NCBI GenBank assembly: GCA_047150005.1
Contig: AP038806.1
Location: forward strand, 1,024,001-1,088,000
Length of the DNA stretch: 64,000 nt
From: Nitrospira sp.
GTDB lineage: Bacteria > Nitrospirota > Nitrospiria > Nitrospirales > Nitrospiraceae
Reading direction: 5' to 3'
Positions within the stretch are counted from its first letter, which is position 1. The number at the start of each line of letters is the position of its first letter. The position numbers were made by a program, and so were the translations under genes. Of this stretch, positions 1 through 9,877 are shown piece by piece. The notes beneath the pieces are model-generated. The model was not told the origin of the DNA, ran no database searches, and saw only the letters and a list, made by a program, of their open reading frames with translations.

Positions 1-2
1 TC

Positions 3-395
3 CCACTGCGCCGTGCGCTGCCCTACATCGGTATTGCTTGTCTGTTCCTTGTCGGAGGATGTGCGGCAAGCTCTTCCGAACGCCACCAGCAGGCCGGCGA
101 CATCGTGATCGGCACGACCACCAAAGCCGACGTGCTCAAACGGTACGGAACACCGGACTTGGTGCAAATGCTGCCGGATGGGGAAATCGCGACCTATCGG
201 CCGAGCGCTTCGCCGCCGACCAAACCGACGGTCACCGTCCCGACCATTCAGGCCGGACCGCTGGGGACGATGACAACTCAGAGTCAAACGGTCGATCCGG
301 GGTTCGGCAAGAACACCGGCTCACACAACCGTCCCCAAACGGAGTTGCAGATCCGATACGACCAACAAGGCGTGGTGCGGGAGCTGATCCAATGA
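3..395 (+). CDS. Lipoprotein, SmpA/BamE-like (5' partial, starts upstream of window)
   Basis: The frame of ORF 105..395 is open back to base 3 and reads PLRRALPYIGIACLFLVGG-C, a lipobox-like signal, followed by IGTTTKADVLKRYGTP, typical of SmpA/OmlA-like domains. Confidence 0.6.
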   Translation, partial: PLRRALPYIGIACLFLVGGCAASSSERHQQAGDIVIGTTTKADVLKRYGTPDLVQMLPDGEIATYRPSASPPTKPTVTVPTIQAGPLGTMTTQSQTVDPGFGKNTGSHNRPQTELQIRYDQQGVVRELIQ

Positions 396-444
396 CGACC
401 AGGCCATTGGTTGGAGCACGTCATGCCTCCACAGCGTATCTGCG

Positions 445-1185
445 TCAGGAGTTCCCGAGTTCTCTGAGCATCCGCTCCGCCTCAGGCTTGTACTTGCGCT
501 CCCAGGTGTAGCGGTAGTGCGGCCGGTCGAAGTGTACGACGGCTTCCAGCTGTTTTTTCGCCTCTTCCCGCCGGCCCTGCTTGAGGTAAAGTTTGGCCAG
601 CATGATGCGTGCATTGGCGAAATTCCCGTCGACCGCCACCGACCGTTCCAGATAGTCTTGGGCCTTCTTGTCGCTTCCCCCCAGTATCCAAGGAATTTCC
701 ATCAATAGCCCGCCCATCATCTGTAACGCCTGAGAATGCTGGGGCTCGAGCTCAATGGCGCGCTGTGCGCAATGCTTGATCTCTTTCACGGCAAAGGCCG
801 CGTTCGTCACGCCTCGGAGACGTGCAGCGCTCCCGATGTTCAAGGCATGAAAAAAATGTGCGTCCGCCAGCCGATCGTCCGTCTCAAAGGCCTGTTTGGC
901 CGCTTCCGCACCGGCGTCATAGGCCGCCAGGCGCTTTGCCTCATCCGTCAACAAATCGTCCGCGAGATCGAAATACGTTTCCGACAGCTTCACAAGCAAC
1001 GAGGGTGACGGTTTGCCTTCGCGCACCCGTTCGAGCAGCACCTGAAGATCCCGCTCAAGCGTCTGCGGATAACCGGCCGGCATTTCATTCCGTTGCGCGC
1101 CCGCCGGTCCGGTGACCACCAGTACCCAACACAGCAGGAGTCCGATGACGATCGACTCGATCCGGGTCATGCGCCCCTTATACAC
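445..1185 (-). CDS. Exported tetratricopeptide-repeat protein
   Basis: N-terminal signal-like hydrophobic stretch; TPR-like helices (AQRAIELEPQHSQAL, YLERSVAVDGNFANARIMLAKLY). Confidence 0.75.
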   Translation of the reverse strand: MYKGRMTRIESIVIGLLLCWVLVVTGPAGAQRNEMPAGYPQTLERDLQVLLERVREGKPSPSLLVKLSETYFDLADDLLTDEAKRLAAYDAGAEAAKQAFETDDRLADAHFFHALNIGSAARLRGVTNAAFAVKEIKHCAQRAIELEPQHSQALQMMGGLLMEIPWILGGSDKKAQDYLERSVAVDGNFANARIMLAKLYLKQGRREEAKKQLEAVVHFDRPHYRYTWERKYKPEAERMLRELGNS

Positions 1186-1335
1186 TTCCCGGGCGCGGCT
1201 CAGTCAAGTATCTTCCGGTCCGGGTCCGATCGGCTGATCTCATGACGAGGCTTCGGCGGAATTGCGAGATGGTCCCATCGTCCCAAATGTCATGCCGATC
1301 GATACATTGGAACGAGGACGAAGCAGACAAGGCAT

Positions 1336-2274
1336 TTATGGGCAGGGCTCTGCAGGGGCCAACTCCCGGACTTCGTCCAGCTCACGTCGCCCCGGGTCAA
1401 AAGACTCGCGGCGCAATTCGCTGCCGCTGCGAGCACGGTAGACCAATTCGTCCGTCTGAAAATCATACTCGGGGATGTCCTGGTTTTCCCACCGCTTGGT
1501 GAAGTACTGATAGAACAGTGTATAGAGCCCATGGTGATCCACTTTGTGCTGGAACACATATTCGGGCATCCATCGGATGTCGAGCCCGGTGTGGTAGTGC
1601 TGGAGCCACAAGTAATCGCCGAGGATGATCATCCGAAGGTGCGGCCGATCCGAATACAGCTTCAGACGGATGACTTTTCCATTGGCACGAAATCGCTTGA
1701 TCAGCGCGATGGTTTCCGTCAGCTCATCCAGAAACCGCATCGGCGTAATGTCCAAATGCGAGAGGGACTGGGCGCGACGCACGGCCTCTTCGGAAAACGG
1801 GTTCAGCAGAATCAGCTTCGCTTCCAGACAGGTCTCGAGCAGGGCGTGAATCTCCGCCTTGTCGTCGATCACCGTACCGTGGCCGGTCACGCCGATCGCC
1901 AACGCGGTTCTTCCCAAGCTTTGCTGCTGCTTAAGTTTCCTGATCGCGCGGTCGGCAGCTGGATCGTGCAGCGGAAAGAATGAGATGAGACCCGCTCCCC
2001 TGGCCATCACCGCCTGTCGCCGATCTTGACTGGCCTGCCACAGGTAGCCGGACACTGCGATCAGGCATAGTGCCACACCGACTTCGATGGTCAACAGCAG
2101 CACCTGTTCGTGTTCCACGCGCGACCAGAAGGTCAGAAACTGCCGGGCGATGTTCGGCAACGACCAGGCGATGCCGGCACTCAGCACCACGATCAACCCG
2201 TGAAGCCCGAGCACACCCGCTTCCCGTCCTGCGTCTTTCAGCTTTGCGATCCACTCCTTGCCCTTGTCCATCAT
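1336..2274 (-). CDS. Membrane-anchored hypothetical protein (2 TM plus PLD-like-fold soluble domain without an HKD motif)
   Basis: Two hydrophobic segments, then KLILLNPFSEEA...IRLKLYSDRPHLRMIILGDYLWLQHY...FYQYFTKRW, resembling DUF5919-type domains. Confidence 0.55.
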   Translation of the reverse strand: MMDKGKEWIAKLKDAGREAGVLGLHGLIVVLSAGIAWSLPNIARQFLTFWSRVEHEQVLLLTIEVGVALCLIAVSGYLWQASQDRRQAVMARGAGLISFFPLHDPAADRAIRKLKQQQSLGRTALAIGVTGHGTVIDDKAEIHALLETCLEAKLILLNPFSEEAVRRAQSLSHLDITPMRFLDELTETIALIKRFRANGKVIRLKLYSDRPHLRMIILGDYLWLQHYHTGLDIRWMPEYVFQHKVDHHGLYTLFYQYFTKRWENQDIPEYDFQTDELVYRARSGSELRRESFDPGRRELDEVRELAPAEPCP

Positions 2275-2388
2275 CCTCCTTCTCGTGTGGCTGATTCAGA
2301 TCACACGCGGCCGCTTGTCCGCGTACGACAAGCTTCGCCGACCGTGGTTACACCCAAGTAAAGCGTGGGCCAACGGAGGGTTAATTGA

Positions 2389-2838
2389 TCATGCCACATC
2401 GTGCCGGACGAGCCGGTCGCGATACGCCTCATAGTCCGGCACGAGGCGACGATATTCACGCGGCATGAGGGACGATGAAATCATGAAATCCGCGGAGGCT
2501 CGATTGCAGGCGATCGGGATGTTCCATACCACGGCGATCCGAAGCAGCGCCTTCACATCGGGATCGTGCGGATGGGGCTCCAACGGATCCCAAAAGAAAA
2601 TCAACACGTCGATTTCACCCTGGCTGATTTTCGCCCCGATTTGTTGGTCTCCGCCCAGAGGACCGCTCTGCAGCCGCACGACCGGCAGGTCCAGCTCGGA
2701 TTCGATGAGTCTCCCCGTCGTTCCCGTCGCAATGAGCCTGTGTCCGGACAGCGCCTCTCTGTTGAACGTCGCCCAAGCCAACAAATCCTGCTTCTTGTTG
2801 TCGTGCGCCACGATGGCGATGGTCTTCTGCTCCTGCAT
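2389..2838 (-). CDS. mgsA: Methylglyoxal synthase
   Basis: [48 protein letters not shown] motifs. Confidence 0.95.
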   Translation of the reverse strand: MQEQKTIAIVAHDNKKQDLLAWATFNREALSGHRLIATGTTGRLIESELDLPVVRLQSGPLGGDQQIGAKISQGEIDVLIFFWDPLEPHPHDPDVKALLRIAVVWNIPIACNRASADFMISSSLMPREYRRLVPDYEAYRDRLVRHDVA

Positions 2839-2986
2839 GGTCACGCTCCTGCCTTTCATCGGCACCTCCTTGGCACACCGGGCTTCCTTCCGGCTTCGCG
2901 CCGCGCTGACTATGACAGACGCATGTTACGGACAGGTTGCCTGCCCTAAGCCATTGAATAACGAACGGTTGCACGGACCGCTTGCA

Positions 2987-4948
2987 TCAACCCTGCGGGG
3001 CCTTGGGCCGTGCAAGTTGTTCGAGAAGGATGGCATCCAGCCGGATCCTCGCCTGCTCGTGCAGCCTGCGAAGCTCATCTCTGGCGAGAAGCGGATCATC
3101 GAGGGTTCGATCGGATGGAGCGATGGGCGCCAACGTAAAGATCTTCAGAAGCGCGGAGCGCGGCACCGCCGGTTTGGCTTTCCACGGATTGTAGAGCGGA
3201 TCACCGAACAACACCATGCGCCAGCTGACCCACCGGCTGGTCAAGTAGTAGGCCTCGACCAGGGAATACTGGCCGGTCATCATGAGGGAGACGAACTCGA
3301 GTGGTTCCGGAAACGCGTCAAGGTAGGGTTCGCCCACGGAGCCGAGCGTGGCGGTAATACCCCGCTCCAACGCATTCTTACACCATCCCGATTCGGAAGA
3401 GTTGTGGATGCTCACCGCTTCGGCGGAAGCCATGTGGTACCCGATTGCGCCCCGCCGGAAGGTAAATGCATCTTCGTACTGCCGCAGGCGATACCACCCG
3501 ACGTACAAGGCCACATCCGGAACGGCACCGGGTCGTTGAAACCTTGCTTCGGTATTGTCCAACACGGAGCGATAGGGGGCCTGCCCGTCGAGAAAATCCT
3601 TCAAGTCCCGCAGGCTCTGATCATACCGGCCGTAGGTATCAGTCCGATCCTTCACCGACAACCCACGGGCATCCAAGTAGATGGTTCCCGCTAACCCCTG
3701 TGCCTCCGTTTCCATCGCTTGGTCCACCAACTTCAACGCCTGGCCCGCCGTCGGCGCATCGAGCCGGCTCACCATCAAGAGGGGAATCTCACGGCGGGAG
3801 GTTCCGGGCTTGGTGATGGTATGATAAAACCGGTTCGGAAGCCGCCAGCCGACGCCGTAATCGCCGCCATCCGACCACAGCAGACTCAGCTCGCTGTCCA
3901 CACTTGCATCTGCAAACTCGGTGGTCAAACGTTTCAGTTCCAGGGCAGCCAACGCATAGACGCCATAGACGCCGTAGACCTCTTCGACCTGGCGATACAA
4001 GGCGTCTCGACTGCGCGAAATCGGAAGGTTCAATGCACCCAGCAGTATCTGCAATCCTTCTGCTTGCCGTGCCAATCCGTGTTTGGCGTCGCCGTTGCTC
4101 GGAGCCTCCGGATGTCTGGGAAAATCCTGGTACAGTTGCGTGAGTCCGGCAGTTCCTTGGTACTGTCCAACGACTTCCTCCAGCCGACCGTACCACTGCG
4201 AGCGGGCGGAGGCGTTGAGCGCTTTCGCTCGTTTGAGGGCCGCCTCGGTCACGGCGTCGATGCGCGCAAGAAACGCCACCTGACGATCGAATTCGGGCAG
4301 CCCTTGGTTGCTCTTGTCATTAGACGACTGCGGCGCCTTGGGCGGTCCGGCAATCTGCTGCGCAGCACGTTGGACGGACAAGAGTCGTGACCTGGCTTGG
4401 GTCAGCCGGTCCCCGGCGTCCCGTTTCCAACGACGCTCGTCCGTCGTCAGAATCGGTGCCCCCACCCGCAACGGAACTCCATAGACCGTGACGAGCACGC
4501 GGACGGACCGCTGAAGCCCTTCTGCTTCCAACATCCGCCGAAGCGGCAACACCAACCTTCGCTCGTACTCTTCCCAGGTCACGGCGTCGTCCTTGGAAAG
4601 ATCAAGCTTGGCGATATGTTTCAGGGGAATGCCACGACGTGTCGCGTAGTGCCGGGCCACCATCAGACTGTCCGGACTGTTGCTGTTCGCAACAATCACC
4701 ACCTGATGCGGCCCAAGCTCAGCCCATGCCGGGCAAACGGCCGTCCCCCACAGCGACACAGACCAGAGAAGCAGCGTGACACACCACCGTCCGACTGTGT
4801 GTTCTCGCTCGTCGTCGTGCCGGCGAGCCCTGTCCTGCGCGGCAGACACATGGCGCCATGTGGCGACCAGTTCGGATTTACGCTCGAGTAACAACCGGGT
4901 AATCACGCGGCAACATCTTACAGATACACGTGAGACCACATACATCAA
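2987..4948 (-). CDS. TIGR03790-family exported protein
   Basis: VVIVANSNSPDSLMVARHYATRRGIP, ASVDSELSLL, MVSRLDAP, LYVGWY, GAIGYHMASAE, ATLGSVGEPYLDAFP, SWRMVLFGDPLYNP. The true start may be downstream. Confidence 0.8.
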   Translation of the reverse strand: MMYVVSRVSVRCCRVITRLLLERKSELVATWRHVSAAQDRARRHDDEREHTVGRWCVTLLLWSVSLWGTAVCPAWAELGPHQVVIVANSNSPDSLMVARHYATRRGIPLKHIAKLDLSKDDAVTWEEYERRLVLPLRRMLEAEGLQRSVRVLVTVYGVPLRVGAPILTTDERRWKRDAGDRLTQARSRLLSVQRAAQQIAGPPKAPQSSNDKSNQGLPEFDRQVAFLARIDAVTEAALKRAKALNASARSQWYGRLEEVVGQYQGTAGLTQLYQDFPRHPEAPSNGDAKHGLARQAEGLQILLGALNLPISRSRDALYRQVEEVYGVYGVYALAALELKRLTTEFADASVDSELSLLWSDGGDYGVGWRLPNRFYHTITKPGTSRREIPLLMVSRLDAPTAGQALKLVDQAMETEAQGLAGTIYLDARGLSVKDRTDTYGRYDQSLRDLKDFLDGQAPYRSVLDNTEARFQRPGAVPDVALYVGWYRLRQYEDAFTFRRGAIGYHMASAEAVSIHNSSESGWCKNALERGITATLGSVGEPYLDAFPEPLEFVSLMMTGQYSLVEAYYLTSRWVSWRMVLFGDPLYNPWKAKPAVPRSALLKIFTLAPIAPSDRTLDDPLLARDELRRLHEQARIRLDAILLEQLARPKAPQG

Positions 4949-4967
4949 TCAAAGGAGGCACGGCACA

Positions 4968-5351
4968 ATGGTAACAGTCGGACAGTTAATGAAGCAGGAT
5001 CTCGTCACTGTTGACACGGGCACTTCCGTCGTCGAAGCGGCCAAGCTGATGAAGGCCTGCAACGTGGGCAGCGTTCTCGTTTCACAAAAAGACCGGATCG
5101 TCGGCATCGTGACCGAATCGGACATTGTAAGGAAGTTCGTGAGCGCCGACCGTGTCGCCTACTTCATTCCCGTCGAGTCGATCATGAGCAGTCCGGTGCT
5201 GGGCATCGAGGCACGCCGGCCGATTACAGAAGCCGCCGACATGATGAACAAACATCGCACCCGTCATCTGGGTGTGACGAAGGCCGGCGCCATCGTCGGA
5301 GTGGTATCCGTGCGAGATTTCCTCCAGCCGGTGGCCGTTGACGACTTTTAG
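4968..5351 (+). CDS. CBS-domain pair protein
   Basis: AGGAGG RBS then MVTVGQLMKQ; VGIVTESDI and VGVVSVRDF CBS motifs. Confidence 0.9.
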   Translation: MVTVGQLMKQDLVTVDTGTSVVEAAKLMKACNVGSVLVSQKDRIVGIVTESDIVRKFVSADRVAYFIPVESIMSSPVLGIEARRPITEAADMMNKHRTRHLGVTKAGAIVGVVSVRDFLQPVAVDDF

Positions 5352-5639
5352 CCCCCCGTCCGGATGGTCGCCCAGTGATGAGCCGGGCTGTCTCTTGACG
5401 ACACGGCTCATAGCCACTATTACCGGTATCCGATTAAGCACCGACGCGCGAGCGACCGGTGACTCACGTGTCGGACCGCGGCTTACGCTCGCAGCATGGC
5501 TCATTACCATGCAAAAGACTTCGCAGGGCGAAAGCTACCGAAAGAAGAGGCATCGCCTGATGAACCGCGATGGCGTAGGTGACGGAACGGACTTGGGCGG
5601 AGACACGGAAGGTGGCGGGCCGATGCCGGAGCGTCTGCG

Positions 5640-6305
5640 TTACTTGACCTTGGAGAAATCCGCGTTGATTTTCGCTTCTTTGCCGTCTTGAAGATTGACG
5701 ACGAACACCGACGCGGCGTTGGGGTCAAAACTCTCGTACGAAAACACCGCGGTGAACCGTGCCCGATAGGCCGGCCCGTTGCCTTCGTTCTTTCTTCCGC
5801 GTTCCGCCTTGCCGACGTCGATCGGTTTGACTCGTTTTGTGCCCTGCTGCATCTCAACCAGCGCCCCTTCGGCGAAGTATTCGTCATCGCCGCACAGTTG
5901 CACTTCGACTTCCATGTTCGGCATGTCGACGACCTTCTTGATGAACTCCTCCGGCATGCGGATGTCCGTTTTTCGCTTCTTCGATTCCGATGCCTCTTGG
6001 CGGCCGAATGCTTCCAGCCGATACCGCTTCGTCCGAAGCACCGCGCTTGCCCCGCAGGGGTCCTTTTCCGGATCAGCCCCGACCCGAGTCGCCACCGAGG
6101 CCTGCTGGAGTACTTTCTTGACTTCCTCAGGGGAGTTGGCCTTATCCATGGGTGAGCGGCCCGCCTCCAGAGCCTTTTGAGCCTCTTCCATCGACAATTT
6201 CACGTCGATGGACCAGGCCGGTGCGGCACCGACCAGGATCATGCAGGCGCAGGCGGTCAGTTTCAGTACGTCTCCCCATCCTCGAACTGCCATGAGACCC
6301 TCCAC
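5640..6305 (-). CDS. Conserved exported hypothetical protein
   Basis: Signal peptide (ACMILVGAAPAWS), coherent composition, two Cys. Confidence 0.7.
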   Translation of the reverse strand: MEGLMAVRGWGDVLKLTACACMILVGAAPAWSIDVKLSMEEAQKALEAGRSPMDKANSPEEVKKVLQQASVATRVGADPEKDPCGASAVLRTKRYRLEAFGRQEASESKKRKTDIRMPEEFIKKVVDMPNMEVEVQLCGDDEYFAEGALVEMQQGTKRVKPIDVGKAERGRKNEGNGPAYRARFTAVFSYESFDPNAASVFVVNLQDGKEAKINADFSKVK

Positions 6306-6388
6306 AAACGGTAGCGAATAAATGCGGCATTGTACGGAAAGCCTTCTGCCTTTGCAATCCGCCCGCAGCGCATCAGCGCGGTCGTCAA

Positions 6389-7024
6389 CTACCCGGGTGA
6401 CATCTGCGCCCAGTTTTCGTAAGGCTTCTGCCGATACACCTGCTCGATATCCGTCGGGATCGACACGCCGGCCTGCATCAATAGACGATGGAGCAGGCGC
6501 AGCGGAAGCCCTACCACCGTCGTGAAATCGCCGTCGAGCGATTCGATCAGCTCTCTGCCCGCGCCTTGAATGGAATAGGCGCCGGCCTTTCCCAAACTGT
6601 CGCCGGTGGCCAGATACCGCTCATGCGCGCGGGCATCGTATGGTTTCATGCGGATCTGCGCCGTTGCGAGCCGCGTCTTGTCGAACGCCCGCGTCAGGGA
6701 TACGACCGCCACGGCCGTGTGCACCTGATGGCGGCGTCCTGCCAATGTATGCAGCGTGCCGCGCGCGTCCTCCAAGTCCATCGGCTTGCCCAGTACGGTC
6801 CCCTCCAACTCGATCAGCGTGTCGCTCCCGATGACGACGGCTTCCGGGTCGACCGCGGCGACGGAGTGCGCCTTCTGCTGCGCGAAGGAGGATGCCAGTT
6901 CTTGCGCCGTTCGGCCGGCGATGATTCGCTCGTCGCAGACGGGATGTCGAACTTCGAAGGTCAGGCCCAGCAAGGCAAGCAACATGCGGCGTCTGGGTGA
7001 GGTGGATGCGAGGACTACCCGCAT
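6389..7024 (-). CDS. maf: Maf-family nucleoside triphosphate pyrophosphatase
   Basis: VVLASTSPRRRMLL, VIGSDT, LGKP, GKAGAYSIQG, VVGLPL. Confidence 0.93.
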   Translation of the reverse strand: MRVVLASTSPRRRMLLALLGLTFEVRHPVCDERIIAGRTAQELASSFAQQKAHSVAAVDPEAVVIGSDTLIELEGTVLGKPMDLEDARGTLHTLAGRRHQVHTAVAVVSLTRAFDKTRLATAQIRMKPYDARAHERYLATGDSLGKAGAYSIQGAGRELIESLDGDFTTVVGLPLRLLHRLLMQAGVSIPTDIEQVYRQKPYENWAQMSPG

Positions 7025-8208
7025 CGGGAAGCCGGAGAAGCGGTGTCTTCGACCGCAGTATCGTCGGCGAGAACGTTAAGGCTGCCGGACCGAGCGGCGA
7101 GGGTCCGAGCGTGATAGGCCGCGAGGGCAGCTTCGACATCGGCGACGGAAGAGACTTGGAACATGGCGGCCCTGAGGGCGGCTGCGCCGGGAAACCCTTT
7201 GCAATACCATCCCAGATGTTTGCGCATTCGTCGGAAACGATCGGCGCCCCACTGCCGTTCGAAGCATCTGGCATGCTCGAGCATGATGTCGAACCGCATG
7301 GGGAGAGCGGGAGCCCAGGACTGCGGCTCGGGCTGTGGATCGGCGTCGATCGCGCGGCTTGCGCGACGAGCCGCCTCCTTCTCGCAGAAGAACCACGGCG
7401 CTCCCAAGGCGGCCCGGCCGATCAGCACCCCGTCCACTCCCGTCTCCCGAATCCGGCGCACCGCCTCCGCGAGACTGTGCACATCGCCGTTTCCGAACAG
7501 CAGCGTATCGCTGCCCCGCGCCACTTCGGCGGCGCGTGCAATGGCACGCCAGTCGGCCTCTCCCCGATACATCTGTTGCAGCGTCCGTCCATGCAGCGAG
7601 ATCACCGCTGGACGCTCGAGCAACAGATGCTCGATCCAACGGTCCACAATGACGGCGTCATAGCCGAGCCGTGTCTTGACGGACAAGGGAATGGGACGGC
7701 GTTCAATCGTGGAAGCGATCCGACGTCGGTCGTTCAGTCGGCGAATGGCCTCGGCCCGCGCCGGCTTGATTCCGGCAGATTCCAGGGACTGGCCGGCCGC
7801 CCAATCCTCGATGCCTCGGCGGGCCGCATGCATCACGCTGTGGGCCAGATCAGGAGTCTTGATCAGCCCGGCTCCGGAACCGGACGAGGCGACATTGCGC
7901 GACGGGCACCCCATGTTGATGTCCAATCCGTCGAACCCCAGTTCGCAGACGGCATGGGCCGCCTGATAGAACAGTTCCGGATCTTTGCCGTAGAGTTGCG
8001 CCACAATCGGCCGTTCCAGCTCGCTGTACATCAATGAATCGAGCAGGAATTCCGGTCCCCGGCACACGTCATGGACGTGAGTAAATTCGGTATAGAAGAC
8101 ATCCGGCTTCCCATGTGACGCGACCATATGACGAAAACCCGCATCGGTCACGCCGTCCATCGGAGAAAGCCCCAGGATCGGGCGCGGCAGGGTCCGCCAA
8201 AAACTCAT
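7015..8208 (-). CDS. dus: tRNA-dihydrouridine synthase
   Basis: LSPMDGVTD, DINMGCP, GSGAGLI, LSVKTRLG, LHGRT, GNGDV, DGVLIGRA. Confidence 0.93.
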   Translation of the reverse strand: MSFWRTLPRPILGLSPMDGVTDAGFRHMVASHGKPDVFYTEFTHVHDVCRGPEFLLDSLMYSELERPIVAQLYGKDPELFYQAAHAVCELGFDGLDINMGCPSRNVASSGSGAGLIKTPDLAHSVMHAARRGIEDWAAGQSLESAGIKPARAEAIRRLNDRRRIASTIERRPIPLSVKTRLGYDAVIVDRWIEHLLLERPAVISLHGRTLQQMYRGEADWRAIARAAEVARGSDTLLFGNGDVHSLAEAVRRIRETGVDGVLIGRAALGAPWFFCEKEAARRASRAIDADPQPEPQSWAPALPMRFDIMLEHARCFERQWGADRFRRMRKHLGWYCKGFPGAAALRAAMFQVSSVADVEAALAAYHARTLAARSGSLNVLADDTAVEDTASPASRCG

Positions 8209-9704
8209 CGGATCAACTCCCCGTTCGTCTCGCCGGACGGCGACCGATGTTCATTTGCATCTGCATAGGCCGACCGCAGCCCCTCGGCTTCGCGATCGGC
8301 AAGCGGACACAGTTGCGGGGCGCGCTCACGCACGAATTCGAGAAACCGCGCGATCTTGAGGAGAAAGAAATCATACGGCCCGGTGGCGACCCGGACGTCG
8401 CGGAACCACCAGGGCACGAATTCGTCGAGAAGGGTGCCGTCCTGCGCAAGCCTCCGGCACGTGTCCGGAAACATAGCCGTGAGTTCACCGCCCCATCGAA
8501 GAATTTCATTCGGCAGATAGCCGGTTACGTATCGCGCCAATCCGGTACCGTCCTCCTGCACCGCCTGCCACTCCGCCCCGGACGGGCTCACCCGGCCCGA
8601 AGCGATTTTCGCGTAACGCACATATTGCGCCTGCAACCCATCCCGTTCCCGTTGCGTCACGGCCGGCGGAGAAACGGCATGATCCGCCGGTCTGCCGACC
8701 TGCCCCGCCGGGCATGGACTCTGAGCCGTCTTTCGCACGATCTCATCATGGAATCGACGATCGGCTCGGCGAAATTCATCCGCAATCAGGGCTACGGCCT
8801 TGTTGTCCACTTCCAAAGCGACGGCTCGAAGGTGGCGGAGCTTGGGATGGGCCAGTGTTTGTTCGAGCAGCCCCCACAGCACCGACGGGATCGGAGCGTC
8901 ATGGGCATCGATCCACGCAGGCTGCGCCACGACCGCGTCGCCGAGGGAATCGGCATCCTGTTCCGCCAATCCAGCCACATGGATTTCCACCACTCGCTCG
9001 AGTGGAAACTCGTCGAGAAAACGCTCGACGAATTGTTCCAGCGGCATATGCCGCCCGTCTCTTCCATAGCGATACACCGTCCAGAGATGTCCGATGTCGA
9101 GCACGAGACCGCATGCGACACGGTCCGTCACCCTCCGAAAGAATTGCGGGACTCCCAGGTCGCCGGCACAAAAGTAGGTCAGCGGAGCCATCTCCAGCAG
9201 AAACAAAGGAGGATCTTGCGCAGCCGTCCGCCAATTCCGATCCAGCTCGCGCTGTACCAGTGTGATGTTGTCCGCCACTACATCGGCGCTCGTTGCCGTA
9301 TATAAAGGTGGGAGATAGGTCCCGAAGGCGAACCCGCCCATCTCCTTGGAAGCACACTCGTGGTTCAGCCAGTGACTGCGAATGCTTCGGAGTTGCCTGA
9401 CGGTCTCGTCCAGTCTTGCCCCGAGATGCGGAGATCCGGGAAAATCCGGTTGCGTGACCCAGAGCCCTTCCCCGTGATAGGTCAACGGCATGGCCGGCAA
9501 CCGGTGTCGAACCGATTCGAGCATGCCAGTCGCGGCCTGGAACAGTTCGAGGTAGGCCGGCCGGAGATCACAAAAGGTCAGGTCATCGAGAAGCGCGAAG
9601 AGATCGGGGCTGTAGCAATCCACCGACAAACCGAGACCCAGACCCGGAATCCGGTCGACGCGGCGTTCGAATTCTCTCTGTGGGGAGTGCGTAGAAACCA
9701 TCAA
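8205..9704 (-). CDS. DUF692-family (MNIO, multinuclear non-heme iron oxidase-like) protein with C-terminal extension
   Basis: GLGLGL start, LTYHGEGL, NHEC, LLEMAP, LVLDIGHL, VVEIHVAG, IDAHDAPIP, VALEVD match the order of DUF692 metal-ligand motifs. Confidence 0.8.
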   Translation of the reverse strand: MMVSTHSPQREFERRVDRIPGLGLGLSVDCYSPDLFALLDDLTFCDLRPAYLELFQAATGMLESVRHRLPAMPLTYHGEGLWVTQPDFPGSPHLGARLDETVRQLRSIRSHWLNHECASKEMGGFAFGTYLPPLYTATSADVVADNITLVQRELDRNWRTAAQDPPLFLLEMAPLTYFCAGDLGVPQFFRRVTDRVACGLVLDIGHLWTVYRYGRDGRHMPLEQFVERFLDEFPLERVVEIHVAGLAEQDADSLGDAVVAQPAWIDAHDAPIPSVLWGLLEQTLAHPKLRHLRAVALEVDNKAVALIADEFRRADRRFHDEIVRKTAQSPCPAGQVGRPADHAVSPPAVTQRERDGLQAQYVRYAKIASGRVSPSGAEWQAVQEDGTGLARYVTGYLPNEILRWGGELTAMFPDTCRRLAQDGTLLDEFVPWWFRDVRVATGPYDFFLLKIARFLEFVRERAPQLCPLADREAEGLRSAYADANEHRSPSGETNGELIR

Positions 9705-9877
9705 AACTGGTCTTGCCAGTGGGACAAATTATGTCCTAGTCTAGTCTCAGAAGCGATTGTTTGACAAGGCAAGTCCATCGGTCCGATGGGGAGTCTCTGT
9801 CTGCTATACTTGGCCTACGCTGACGGGTAGACGCCCTCACGAATCGCGCAGGACTGCTCAAGAGAGGGTGGTGGGCG

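Noticed and set aside
7015..7030. Dus C-terminal Cys-Gly as an MNIO substrate
   Set aside because: The Cys codon arises from overlap with the maf ATG (CGATGC); there is no independent support.
9761..9810. TTGACA...TATACT promoter pair
   Set aside because: The 38-bp spacing is too long; only an extended -10 is plausible.
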